Source: Candidatus Bathyarchaeota archaeon
GTDB lineage: Archaea; Thermoproteota; Bathyarchaeia; Bathyarchaeales; Bathycorpusculaceae
Length of the DNA stretch: 64,000 nt
Direction: 5' to 3'
NCBI GenBank assembly: GCA_963780185.1
Contig: CAWABA010000005.1
Span: 64,001-128,000, forward strand
Under the pieces are notes generated by a model. The model saw only the letters and a list, made by a program, of their open reading frames with translations, had not been told where the DNA came from and ran no database searches. Positions 29,584 through 40,420 of the stretch are shown one piece after another. Position 1 is the stretch's first letter; every line of letters begins with the position of its first letter. Position numbers and translations under genes: made by a program.

Positions 29584-30062
29584 TCATTTTACAGATTGTG
29601 AAGCCAACTTTGCTTTTTCCACAATCCTGCCTGAAACCGAATCGTAATACCAAACAATCCACAAGAATTGAATGGCGAATCCCACTCCAAGCAGCACAAA
29701 GCCTTGACCCACATATGGGTGATAGAAAAATCCAGTGGGCGTTCCGTCGGGGTTGAATACCCGATAAGAAACTGCTGAAACACTAATTCCCAAGGTTATC
29801 AGGATGAATCCTGCCCACATCGGGATTAATTTTAGATTTTTCAGCAATTTTCCGTCGATTAACACTCCATTCTGCTTCAATCCTCTTAACCCAAAATAAA
29901 CCAGGAAACTGGGCACCATCAAGATAACTACAAGGAGAAAAATGCCAAAGGAATCTAAGAAAAATCCTTGTAATTAACTGCAAATATGAAGATCACTCCG
30001 ATGAAGCCTAATATTCCAGAGTATAATCTGAGGAAGGAATTCATAACGGGCGTTTCAAACAT
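29584..30062 (-). pseudogene. Four-TM membrane protein, frameshifted near 29968
   Basis: MFETPVMNSFLRLYSGILGFIGVIFIFAVNY / GFFLDSFGIFLLVVILMVPSF... join with +1 base. Confidence 0.5.
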
Positions 30063-30161
30063 GCACTCTATTCTATCTAATCTAAACTTAAAACTTGCCA
30101 CCGTGATTTTCAGCCCCAGAGAGAGGACTCTTGCGAAGCCTTCAGGCTCAGTTTCTGCGGG

Positions 30162-31271
30162 TTACGGCGTGTTTGTCCAAATCGGCGTCACTGTACAGTT
30201 AGAGACAAAATCTGGGGTGTAGATTATTGTGCCGATCTGCGCTGTGTTTGAGCTGCTGTAGGAGTCGAAGCCGTAGCCGCTGTTGATTGTGGAAAGTTTG
30301 GGTGAGGCTGGGTAGGTTGCTGCGTCGTAGGTAAATGTTCCTGAGTCGGCGGGTACGGTGATGTTCATTTCTAAGTTGCCGTCCGCAGTGTAGGCGACGA
30401 CCCTTAGCCCCACGTTGTAAGCTACCCCTTCTCCTGTGTTTGTGAGTGAGCCGACGATGTAGAGGCTGTTTTCGAAACCTGCCGGCTGATTGTTGGCGGG
30501 ATACGCCTTCGCGTTTATGGATGCCACAATATTAGCCTCAGATAAGCCTTTGATGGTGGCTTGGAGGTTTGCGGTTTGGTTTTGGAGGTAGGTAACTTGG
30601 CTGCTTAACGGCTGGTTTTTGTCGGGAACCGCGTTTCCAACGTTGTATGCCCAGCAAACGGGTGTTATTGTCCAGTTGACAACGGAGCCTTCATGGAATA
30701 TGTTTATGCCGACATTGGTTCTTTGCCCGCTGTCTAAGATTTGAAGCGCAAAGCTGCTATCGCCGTAAGTTTTGGTCACAAACGCGTTTGTGGCGTTGTC
30801 GCTGCCGAAAGTTGTGCCTGTGAAGGGAACCGTAAGGTTAATTTCCATGGTGCCGTCAGCGGCGTACGCAACAACCTGCAACCCAGCATCGACCGCGTAG
30901 CCTTTGCCTTCGTTGGTGACGGAGCCGTCTATCCACAGGTAATTGAATGGAACTGGGGTAGCCTTGTATCCTCCCATTTCGCTGCTGGCGCTGCCTTGCA
31001 TTTCATGCGTCTCCAGAGAGGTAACAAGATTTGCCGACGTCAAATTAGCTATGACTCCTGTCAGGTTTGCGAGTTGAGTTTTGAGGTCTGATATTTCGCC
31101 TTTAAGCTGGGCTGTCGAGGCGTTTTGCTTGGAAATTTGGGATTGCGTCGCGGCTTCTTTTGAATTTCTTTCATTCGTCATGTTGTTGTAGTAAATTGCT
31201 GCTCCGGCGAAGATGCTCACTAAAACCACAGCAATAATCAAGATTGCTATGGCTTTTCCTTTGGGTCGCAT
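30162..31271 (-). CDS. Membrane-anchored surface protein with two tandem coiled-coil + Ig-like (FxLYD-like) units
   Basis: Repeats GSVTNEGKGYA..GLQVVAYAADG and GSLTNTGEGVA..GLRVVAYTADG. Confidence 0.75.
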   Translation of the reverse strand: MRPKGKAIAILIIAVVLVSIFAGAAIYYNNMTNERNSKEAATQSQISKQNASTAQLKGEISDLKTQLANLTGVIANLTSANLVTSLETHEMQGSASSEMGGYKATPVPFNYLWIDGSVTNEGKGYAVDAGLQVVAYAADGTMEINLTVPFTGTTFGSDNATNAFVTKTYGDSSFALQILDSGQRTNVGINIFHEGSVVNWTITPVCWAYNVGNAVPDKNQPLSSQVTYLQNQTANLQATIKGLSEANIVASINAKAYPANNQPAGFENSLYIVGSLTNTGEGVAYNVGLRVVAYTADGNLEMNITVPADSGTFTYDAATYPASPKLSTINSGYGFDSYSSSNTAQIGTIIYTPDFVSNCTVTPIWTNTP

Positions 31272-31466
31272 AGTTGCACATGGACGCGTTTAGATGTTAA
31301 AAGGTTTTTTGTATAGGTTTGTGGACTAAGACGGAATTGTTTAGTTCAGGATTCTTGACAAACACGCGTTCTGCCTATTTCGCGCGGTTTTGGTTTGGAC
31401 CCTTAAGGCTTCTGGAGGGAGGGAACAATATTCCATCTAGAATTAAATAGTTTAGCGGTTGCTAAG

Positions 31467-31700
31467 TTGTTAGAGGACTTGTTTTTGGAGCGTCATGAAG
31501 CGTTAGCGTTGCTGCGGGAACTAGTAGAGAACAAAGTGTCTCAGCCTTCTTTTGTCTCAATACGAGAAAACCAAAACGGAAAATTTAACCTCATCCTGAA
31601 GGATGATTACAGCAGCGAAGAACTAAAGCAGTTGGCAGCCCAAAAAAACCTCTTAGTTGAAGTAGACGAAAAAGGGTACTGCATAATCCGCAAACCCTAA
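31467..31700 (+). CDS. Small hypothetical protein
   Basis: Protein-like 77 aa ORF, host-like codon usage, T-tract after stop. Confidence 0.6.
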   Translation: MLEDLFLERHEALALLRELVENKVSQPSFVSIRENQNGKFNLILKDDYSSEELKQLAAQKNLLVEVDEKGYCIIRKP

Positions 31701-31861
31701 CTTTTCTTCGGCTCCCGCAAACTTTCGCAAACCATTTCGGCAATTTGGGAAACCAAAAATCTTAAACCAACCTGTCTGCCGCCTAAAACATCAAGTTCCC
31801 GCGCAGATTGAGAAACGCTATTAAGCGCTTACTACACAATCATCTCGAAGTGAACCCGTCT

Positions 31862-32215
31862 ATGGACTACGACAACTTTTTCCTGCCAAGCGGCGACCTC
31901 AAGAAAGGCAAAGAATTCTACCAAAACATTTTGGGGCTCCCCATCAAGTTTGACTTTTCAGACATTGGTATGGTAGCCTTCAAAGTCGGCGACAACGAAC
32001 CCGCCATCATCCTCAAAGACACAACAAAGTTTCCCCAAGCAAAACCCACCGTCTGGTTCGTTGTGGACAGCGTGCTGCAAGAATACAAGCGGCTTGGCGC
32101 CAAAGGCTTAAAGTTCCTGTCGGAGCCCTTCGAGATTCACACGGGCATGGCAGTCGAGTTCGAAGACCCCTACGGCAACCGGCTAGGGCTAACGGATTAT
32201 TCAAAAAAGAAATAG
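31862..32215 (+). CDS. VOC/glyoxalase family protein
   Basis: EFYQNILGL, FEDPYGNRLGL. Confidence 0.85.
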   Translation: MDYDNFFLPSGDLKKGKEFYQNILGLPIKFDFSDIGMVAFKVGDNEPAIILKDTTKFPQAKPTVWFVVDSVLQEYKRLGAKGLKFLSEPFEIHTGMAVEFEDPYGNRLGLTDYSKKK

Positions 32216-32426
32216 CGCTTTTTTTGCCTATCTCAAGTGTCATTCAATAATTCGACAATGGCTTAATTTGCGACGGCTTACTCATTTTCCAAAATTTTCT
32301 CGAAAATTGATTTCAACGGAGGCAGTTAATGTCTCGTTCTGTAAAACCAATGCAAGATTGGGGCATTCATAGAAAAAGTTGATTAGAAGTGAAAGCCATA
32401 GATTTACTTCAAGGAGAAAATAGGGA

Positions 32427-33601
32427 TTGATGCTTTTCGATAGCATATGGCTCATATGGCTATTTGGCATCCCAATATACTACTCCTTGTTATATGAGAT
32501 AATAAAATACAGGAAAGTTATGGTCAAGAAAACATTTGTTCCTATCAATCCAAAAAGAATGATTTTTCAGATAACTACGATAGGCAATATGGAGATTGTT
32601 CAAGAGTCGATTGATAACATTAATCGGATATGCAAGGAAGTTGGATATGACAATTACAGGATAAATGTAGTTTCGGAAGTGAATGAAATTTTTAATGGTG
32701 CAGTTACAATAACTGTTCCTCAAATTTATTCAACACCCAATAATGCAAAATACAAAGCTAGGGCATTACAATATGCGATAGAACAAAGAGAGAAAAACGG
32801 AGAAAACACAGCTGATGTATGGGTATATCATCTTGACGATGAATCGATGATTACAAAGCAAGGTCTCTTATCAATTTAGACCACGCCGACAATAACCGGG
32901 AGCCCATAGCAGAAGGATTAATCACTTATCCAAATAAAATGAATGTTGGAAGCAAATTAGTCAAATATTTAGACGCCGTAAGACCAACATTTTGTTATAC
33001 TTGCTGCGCAATGTTAAAATCACAAGGAAAACCTGATTGGTTACACGGCTCAAATCTACTTTTGAGGGCAGACGTAGAAAAAAATGTTGGTTGGGATTTC
33101 CCTGACACATGCGCAGAAGACAGCTTGTTTGGCTACGAAGCATACAAAAAATACGGAGGAATCTTTGGTTGGCACGGAGGAGTTCTCGAAGAACAGTCGC
33201 CATTCACATTTAAAGACTTTATTAAGCAAAGACAAAGATGGATAAAAGGAACATTTGAAAACTTGGGTAGAATGGGGATACGCGAAAAGGTCAAAACAAC
33301 CTATAGATTGACAAGTTGGTTTTTGGGGTCAGTAAGTTTTTTCACATTAATTCCTTCATTAATCATAAAACAGACATATTCTCAATATCTCATTCCGTTC
33401 TTCGTTTTGGACACAATTATTCTGTTTGCTGTTTATCAAATAGGGTTGGAAATGAACTTTGCTAAAGTTGGCAAGAAGCAAAGGATTTGTGAACACATCA
33501 AGATTTTTTTCGTTTCTCCCATTCTTTGGTTTCTAGAAGCAATTCCGATGGTGCTATATTTCTTCAAAAGAGCACCAAAATTTTATGTAATTGAAAAATA
33601 G
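32427..33601 (+). pseudogene. Egghead-like processive GT2 glycosyltransferase, split by a 1-base frameshift at ~32876
   Basis: KARALQY, HLDDES, AEDS, EQSP..DFIKQRQRW; adding one T joins the two ORFs through SILDHADNNREPIAEGLITYP. Confidence 0.75.
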
Positions 33602-33849
33602 GCAATGCCTTTGACAAGCATCTTGAATTATTGTAACAGGTACTTACGTTGCAGCTTTAATACGTTCTAAACGCGCCTTAATTGCTATAATAATTTCTTG
33701 ATCTTGCTCAGTTTCTAAAGCTTCGAACGGTAATTTTTTAACAAGATTTTAAATACAGCTAGTAACATCAGGATTAATTGAGACTTGTTCATGGAAATGA
33801 AATCCCTTTCGAGGGCTTCCTTGATTTTTATAAGAGGAGGTGAACCTTC

Positions 33850-34221
33850 TTGAGTAGAAATGGAGTAATCGCCTTCACACTTTTGGGTTTAATTATTGGG
33901 TTAGCTGTAGGATACTCGATTTCAATAGCGGTACCGTTTCATTCTTCTGCGCAGAAACCAGCTATTTCTTTGAATTCAAATTCAGTCAAGTCAGGCGAGC
34001 AATTTACTGCCACTCTTACTGGTTTTCCAGCTAATACGGAAATCTACGGCTGGACAGTAAATCAGAATGTATCTGTATGTTTCACCGCAGGAACTACTGA
34101 CGCAAACGGTAAACTTGTCGTTTCAGCAAATGCGCCTCAAACAGTGGGAACATTACCCTTAGTTGCATGCAACAAAGCAGAAACCATCTGGGCGGCTACA
34201 GCTTTAACAGTGACTAAATAA
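33850..34221 (+). CDS. Secreted Ig-like hypothetical protein
   Basis: Strong SD AGGAGGTGA, N-terminal TM, beta-rich body. Confidence 0.7.
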   Translation: MSRNGVIAFTLLGLIIGLAVGYSISIAVPFHSSAQKPAISLNSNSVKSGEQFTATLTGFPANTEIYGWTVNQNVSVCFTAGTTDANGKLVVSANAPQTVGTLPLVACNKAETIWAATALTVTK

Positions 34222-34475
34222 AAAATCAATGCGCTTATTCTTGCAAAGTCACTTCTGCCTTTTTTCCGTAGCGGCATTTCTAAGCCTAATTATGTGTTTT
34301 GTTTGCATTACAGCAGGTCAGTGAGATTGATAGATACTGGCAGAAAGCAACAGCCAGAGAGACAGACCAACAGGAAGCGTACTGACAGACAACCCGATGG
34401 ATGCGCTTTCTCTAAGGAAACATCACAGAAAGAAGCGCTAAAGAGTCATGATAAGGTTTTTACCTGTTCCCTCGT

Positions 34476-36140
34476 ATGGTAACGCGACGCATCTTGCACC
34501 AAAAAAATGGACCTTGGTTTAACTCGTGGCCTGCACAAGTGCCAAAACACATAGAGCTCCCACAGGTTCCTCTCCAAGAAATCCTTCGCAAAAACGCCAA
34601 AGAATTTCCGCAAAAAACGTCCATATCTTATGGCGGGCGAGAAATCTCTTATATCCAGTTAGAATCGCTTTCAAATCAGTTTGCTATTTCTCTTGTAAAG
34701 TTAGGCGTGAAAAGGGGCGAATGCGTGGCAGTTTTTTTGCCTAACGTTCCCCAATTCATAATTGCGTATTTTGGGATACTTAAAGCGGGTGCGGTTGTTA
34801 CGGCGATAAGTCCGCTGTATCGGGAACGCGAGGTGGAGTATCAACTCAACGATTCAACCGCACAAACTATAGTGGCTCTGGATCTGCTTTATCCAGTTGT
34901 AGCGAAAGTTGAACAAAAAACCCAGTTAAAAAACGTCATTTTAACCGGTATGGATGAGTACTGTTACAAAAAAGTCCGCGCTGCAGATTTGCAGGGCACT
35001 TTCGGTTTCCAGGTTTTGCTGGAAAAAGCCCAAGACGGCGCTCCAGACGTGAAGTTGAACCCAAACGAGGATTTGGCGGCTTTGCAGTACACGGGCGGAA
35101 CCGCAGGAACAGCCAAAGGCGCCATGTTAACCCACACCAACCTGCTTTCAAACACGTTATCCTTTGCCGCTTGGATACAGGGCACAACCGCACAGGAAAC
35201 TTTCCTAACCACCCTGCCGCTGTTTCATATTTACGGCATGACCACCAGCCTGACTGTACCCGTCAGTTTAGCCTCAAAAATAGTTTTGATGCCAAGGTTT
35301 GAACCCGCCAAAGCCTTGGAAGCCATCCAAAAGCATAAGGTGACGGTTTTCTGCGGTGTTCCAACCATGTACTCAGCGCTTCTTGCTTACCCAGAGCTCG
35401 GAAAATACGATTTAACCTCGCTTCGCGTCTGCGTTTCAGGCGCTTCAGGCTTGCCGCCGCATACCCAAAAACAATTCATGCAGGTCACAGGAGGGCTGCT
35501 TGTTGAAGGCTACGGGTTAACGGAGGCTTCGCCCGTTACTCACTGCAACCCAGTTGATGTTACATTGCGTACGGTGAAGGTGGGCTCCATCGGTTTGCCC
35601 CTGCCTGACACAGAAGCCCAAATTGTCGATTTGGAAACAGGCAGCAAACCCCTTGCGGCGGGCCAAACGGGGGAGTTGGCTGTTCGGGGTCCGCAGGTGA
35701 TGAAGGGCTACTGGCGCAGACCCGACGAAACCGCTGCCGTGCTCCGCGATGGGTGGCTCCTTACAGGCGACATCGCCCACATGGACCGCGACGGCTACTT
35801 CTACATAACAGACCGCAAAAAAGACCTCATAAAAACCAACGGCTACAGCGTCTACCCCCGCGAACTCGAAGACGTCCTCTACGAGCACCCAGCCGTCAAA
35901 CTATGCGCGGTCGTTGGAAAACCAGACCCGCTGGCAGGCGAAATCCCGAAGGTTTATGTCGTACTGAAAGAGGGCACGACTGCTTCAGCTGAGAAACTGA
36001 AGGCATTTGTCAACGAAAAAGTGGCGCCTTACAAGGCAATCCGGCAGTTGGAGTTTAGAAAAGATTTGCCGATTAGTTCTGCAGGCAAAGTTTTAAGACG
36101 ATTGCTTAAAGGAGAAAGCGGCGTGAATTCAAGTTTCTAG
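34476..36140 (+). CDS. Long-chain fatty acid-CoA ligase (AMP-binding)
   Basis: YTGGTAGTAKG, EGYGLTE, TGD, DRKKD, AGKVLRR. Confidence 0.92.
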   Translation: MVTRRILHQKNGPWFNSWPAQVPKHIELPQVPLQEILRKNAKEFPQKTSISYGGREISYIQLESLSNQFAISLVKLGVKRGECVAVFLPNVPQFIIAYFGILKAGAVVTAISPLYREREVEYQLNDSTAQTIVALDLLYPVVAKVEQKTQLKNVILTGMDEYCYKKVRAADLQGTFGFQVLLEKAQDGAPDVKLNPNEDLAALQYTGGTAGTAKGAMLTHTNLLSNTLSFAAWIQGTTAQETFLTTLPLFHIYGMTTSLTVPVSLASKIVLMPRFEPAKALEAIQKHKVTVFCGVPTMYSALLAYPELGKYDLTSLRVCVSGASGLPPHTQKQFMQVTGGLLVEGYGLTEASPVTHCNPVDVTLRTVKVGSIGLPLPDTEAQIVDLETGSKPLAAGQTGELAVRGPQVMKGYWRRPDETAAVLRDGWLLTGDIAHMDRDGYFYITDRKKDLIKTNGYSVYPRELEDVLYEHPAVKLCAVVGKPDPLAGEIPKVYVVLKEGTTASAEKLKAFVNEKVAPYKAIRQLEFRKDLPISSAGKVLRRLLKGESGVNSSF

Positions 36141-36574
36141 TGCTTGTTTTCATGATGTAATCCATAAATTTCTCGGCTTGTGGGCATATCTGTTGGTGTT
36201 TCTCGCATTATGTAGGATATGTTAACTTTTCTGGCGCCTAAATCTAGCAGGTTGAACGGCGTCATTACCATTATTCTTATGGCTAGGCTTGCTCCGATTA
36301 TTTCTGAAAAGCGTAGAAATAGCGACTGGTGCTCTCTTAATTGGTCCGCGGTGGCGTTTATTTCTTTGTTCTTCATTATAACGTCGACTAGGCATAAATT
36401 TCCACTGTTATCCCTTCCAATAATGTCAATCTTTGCCCTGCCTATTTGAAATTCCTTGAAAAGAACTTTAAAGTTTTTTTCTATCTTGTTTGGGTCGGCA
36501 TATATTTCATTAACAAAACTATATTTTGCTTTTTCCGCTTCAAACTCTAAAAATTGAGTTGTTAAATACGACAC
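36137..36574 (-). CDS. NucS C-terminal-like PD-(D/E)XK domain protein
   Basis: KEFQIGRAKIDIIGRDNSGNLCLVD...DQLREH; AT-rich. Confidence 0.55.
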   Translation of the reverse strand: MSYLTTQFLEFEAEKAKYSFVNEIYADPNKIEKNFKVLFKEFQIGRAKIDIIGRDNSGNLCLVDVIMKNKEINATADQLREHQSLFLRFSEIIGASLAIRIMVMTPFNLLDLGARKVNISYIMRETPTDMPTSREIYGLHHENKH

Positions 36575-36746
36575 CCGATTCTAAATTTTATTCAGAATCT
36601 AACTCTACCTGTACGTACATATAAGTCCTGCGTAAAAAGAGATTAAAAAAAAGTCGACCAGCTCATTTGATGAGATTCGTTTAAAGGTTTAAACAATTTT
36701 ATCGAAGAAAACTTAATTGGTTTGCAGTTGAAGTTCTAATTAGAAG

Positions 36747-39040
36747 TTGGCTTTGTTGCGGGCTAAACTAAAGGTTACAGGTGTTGTTCAAGGGGTGGGT
36801 TTCCGCCCGTTCATCTATCGCATCGCGGTAGCGCAGGGTTTAGCAGGCTACGTACGCAACCGTGGAGATGCAGGCGTAGAAATTCTCTTGGAAGGCGACG
36901 CACAGAAAATTAAAGCCTTCACTCGTGACTTGACCGTGAAAAAGCCGCCTCTGGCGCAAATAGACAAAGTCACCTCAGTTACGCTTTCAGGCGCAAACGA
37001 GTATGTCGACTTCACGATTTTCAAGAGTTCCGAGGAGGCCGAGTTTTCAGGCTCAATTATCCCGCCTGACATCGCAATCTGCAACGAATGCTTAGCCGAG
37101 TTGCGAGACCCCAGTAACCCACGGTACGAATACTTCTTCATAACCTGTACCAACTGCGGCCCACGATTCACCATCATCGAGCGGCTGCCTTACGACCGCG
37201 AAAACACCACCATGCGCGAGTTCCCCCTGTGCGGCTTCTGCCAACGCGAGTACGACGACCCAGCGAACAGGCGTTTTCATGCGCAAACCGTGGCTTGCCC
37301 ACCCTGCGGACCCAAAGCCTACCTGACAACACGCGGAGGCGAACTCATCGACGCCAAAGACCCTGTGCGGGAGGCGGGGCGGTTGCTTTCTGAAGGCAAC
37401 GTGCTTGCGATAAAGGGGTACGGGGGATTTCATATTGCCTGCTCAGTGGTGCTGGATAAGCCTCTGAAGGCGCTTCGAGCAACGAAGCATAGGCGGGAAA
37501 AACCCTTTGCTGTCATGGCAAGGAGCGTGGAGGCGGCTAAAGGCTTCGTCGAAGCAAGTTCGAAGGAGCAGGAGCTGCTGCAATCCCCGATGCGTCCAAT
37601 CGTGCTGCTCAACAAGAACGAAAGCTACAATCTGTCGCCGCACGTTGCGCCTAACCTGCATAACGTTGGCGTCATGCTGCCATACACAGGTTTGCATTAC
37701 ATGCTCTTCGACAGGGTGCCTGACGCCGCGTTCGTGATGACCAGCGCTAACCCGCCCAACCAACCCATCGTATACGACAACGATGAAGCCCTCAAAGTGT
37801 TGGGCGGCACGGTGGATTATTTTTTGTTTCACAACCGCAAAATCGCCCATCGCTGCGACGACTCCGTTATGCGAGTCCACGGCAGCCGCCAAGTTTTCCT
37901 GCGTCGAAGCCGAGGATACGCTCCAGCGCCCGTACGGCTTAAGTCGAAGGCGAAGCGGTGCGTCGTCGGGCTTAGGCGGCGAACTCAATAACACCGCCAT
38001 GCGTGCTGCTTGACGACAAAGCCTTCATCAGCCAACACATCGGCGACGTCGAAAACGTGGAAACCCGTAGCTTCCTGCAAGAAGCCGCAAACCACCTCCA
38101 ACGCCTCACCAACTGCCACGCCGAAGCCGTCGTCTGCGATTTGCATCCCAAATTCACCACGACCGCCCTTGCGAAGGAGATGGCTGAGGCAGATGATTCG
38201 CCGCTTATCCAAGTTCAACATCACCATGCCCACGCCGCGGCTTTAATGGCTGAACACAACTTGGAAGAAGCTGTCAGCGTGGTCTGCGACGGGTACGGCT
38301 ACGGCTCAGACGGCGGCGCTTGGGGAGGAGAAATCCTGTTCTGCACGCGCGAGTCATCGAAGTTTAAGCGTCTGGGGCATCTGGAGCCTCAACCGCTGCT
38401 CGGCGGCGACGTGGCAAGCCGTTATCCGCTGCGTTTGGCTGCTGGAATGCTTGCAAAAGCAGGCGTCAAAGTTGAGCCTTGGCTGATGGAGAACAAGGCG
38501 CATTTGCCTTTCGGCGAAACCGAAGCCAACCTCATCCTCAACCAACTCGCCAAAGGCTCTGTGACGGTTGAAACTACGAGTTGCGGCAGGGTTCTGGATG
38601 CCGTCGCAGCCGTTTTAGGCGTCTGCTACGAGCGCAGCTATGAGGGGGAACCCGCGATGAAGCTGGAATCCGCCGCGATAAAAGGGAAAGACATCTTGAA
38701 GCTGAAGCCCTCTTTGCACGGTGAAACGCTGGATACCTCGCCTCTTCTTCGGCTGATTTTTGAACGCAAAGCCGATTTTTCCACCACAGATTTAGCTTAT
38801 TCCGCGCATTCTTATCTGGCAAGGGGCTTGGGGTCTTTGGCTGTTGAAAAAGCCACGGTTCTGGGTGTTAAAAGCATCGGTTTTTCGGGAGGCGCCGCAT
38901 GCAACCAAATCCTCGCCAAAGTTATGCGCAAAACCGTTGAGGATGCTGGGCTGCGTTTTCTGGTTCATGAAGCTGTTCCAGCGGGGGACGGCGGGGTTTC
39001 TTTTGGTCAGGCTGTTGTAGGCGGTTTTTCAAGGTTTTAA
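36747..39040 (+). pseudogene. hypF: Carbamoyltransferase HypF, interrupted by two single-base insertions (37968-37998); may be sequencing error
   Basis: GVVQGVGFRPF, two Zn fingers, TSAN, SQHIGD, HHHAH, GDGGVSFGQ; a middle frame supplies GLGGELNNTA. Confidence 0.9.
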
Positions 39041-39088
39041 ACCAATCTCTTTTTATCGCCCGAAAAACGCTATTTAAAGTTGATAGTT

Positions 39089-39310
39089 ATGTGTTTGGCT
39101 ATTCCCGCTAAAGTCATGACCCTTCAAGGCGAAAAAGCCAACGTTGATTTTGGGCAAGGCGTCCTAAGAGAGGTTAACGTGTCGCTTGTTGAAGCCAAAA
39201 TCGGCGACTACGTTTTGGTCCATGCAGGCTACGCTATCCAAATTATCGAAGAAGAAGACGCAAAAGAAACCATCGCCCTGTGGAACAGCATCCTTGAAGC
39301 TGGGCAATAG
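39089..39310 (+). CDS. hypC: Hydrogenase maturation chaperone HypC
   Basis: MCLAIPA...GDYVLVHAGYAI. Confidence 0.95.
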   Translation: MCLAIPAKVMTLQGEKANVDFGQGVLREVNVSLVEAKIGDYVLVHAGYAIQIIEEEDAKETIALWNSILEAGQ

Positions 39311-39331
39311 GCGGCAAGTTGAGGCGTCGGC

Positions 39332-40420
39332 ATGGCTCAAAACCTGAAGTTCCGAAACCCCCAGTTAGCCCAAAACATTGCTGAAAAAATCAAAATCTTA
39401 GCGCCTAAGGCTGGAAAAACCAAAATCTGCCACGTCTGCGGAACACATGAGTGGACAATCACGCATTTTGGGCTACGCAGTCTTCTGCCCGACAGCGTTG
39501 AAGTTATTGCTGGTCCAGGCTGCCCAGTCTGCATTGTTCCCGCGGCTGAAATCGATGAGGCGGTGCAGTTGGCGAAGATGGGTGTTGTGGTCACGTGTTT
39601 TGGGGACGTTTTGCGTGTGCCTGGCAGTGAAATGTCGCTTCTGGAAGCTAAAGCCGCAGGCGCCGATGTGCGAATAGTCTATGCGGTCTCGGACGCTGTT
39701 GAAATGGCTAAACATGAATCTGGCAAGCAGTTTGCTTTTTTCGCGGTTGGGTTCGAAACCACGGCTCCGTCAACAGCGGTGGAGGCACTTGGGAACCCGC
39801 CGAAAAACCTCAGTTTCCTCGTTTCTCACCGACTGATTCCGCCAGCGATGGATTTGCTGCTTGGCTTTAGCGAGTTGCAGATTAACGGGTTCATCGCGCC
39901 CGGTCACGTAAGCGCCATCATCGGAACCAAACCCTACGAAAAATTCCCAACTGTAAATCACATGCCCACGGTCGTGGCGGGTTTCGAGCCGCTGGACGTG
40001 TTGATGGCTGTCTACATGATTGTCAAGCAGCAAAGCGAAGGCGCAGCGCGGCTTGAGAACGAGTACCCGCGTGTGGTTAAGCCTGAAGGGAACCCGAAGG
40101 CTTTGGCGCTTATGGATGAAGCGTTCAAGGTTACAGGCGGCAACTGGCGGGGCATCGGCAACTTGGCAAACTCAGCCCTGCAACTACGCGAATGCTTAGC
40201 TGACTTCGACGCCCGACTCAAACACAACGTCCACGTAGAACACGGCAAAGACATCATCACCGGATGCAAATGCCACCTTGTAATCATCGGAAAAATCAAG
40301 CCCGACGGCTGCCCCCTATTCCTAAAAGCCTGCACACCCGAAAGACCCGTCGGCGCATGCATGGTCAGCAGCGAAGGCACCTGCAGAGTCTGGGCAAAAA
40401 ACGTTGCTGTCCAAGCTTGA
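39332..40420 (+). CDS. hypD: Hydrogenase maturation protein HypD
   Basis: CGTHE, GPGCPVC, GFETT, PGHVS, GACMVSSEGTC. Confidence 0.96.
   Translation: MAQNLKFRNPQLAQNIAEKIKILAPKAGKTKICHVCGTHEWTITHFGLRSLLPDSVEVIAGPGCPVCIVPAAEIDEAVQLAKMGVVVTCFGDVLRVPGSEMSLLEAKAAGADVRIVYAVSDAVEMAKHESGKQFAFFAVGFETTAPSTAVEALGNPPKNLSFLVSHRLIPPAMDLLLGFSELQINGFIAPGHVSAIIGTKPYEKFPTVNHMPTVVAGFEPLDVLMAVYMIVKQQSEGAARLENEYPRVVKPEGNPKALALMDEAFKVTGGNWRGIGNLANSALQLRECLADFDARLKHNVHVEHGKDIITGCKCHLVIIGKIKPDGCPLFLKACTPERPVGACMVSSEGTCRVWAKNVAVQA

Noticed and set aside
32877-32879. Pyrrolysine/stop read-through at TAG in the GT2 gene
   Set aside because: The downstream half is in a different frame; a one-base indel explains it.
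34300-34445. Possible C/D-box sRNA on the minus strand
   Set aside because: Imperfect C box, spacing too long, no clear internal boxes.
37960-38003. Programmed frameshift in hypF
   Set aside because: Two separate shifts are needed and no slippery heptamer or stimulatory structure is visible.
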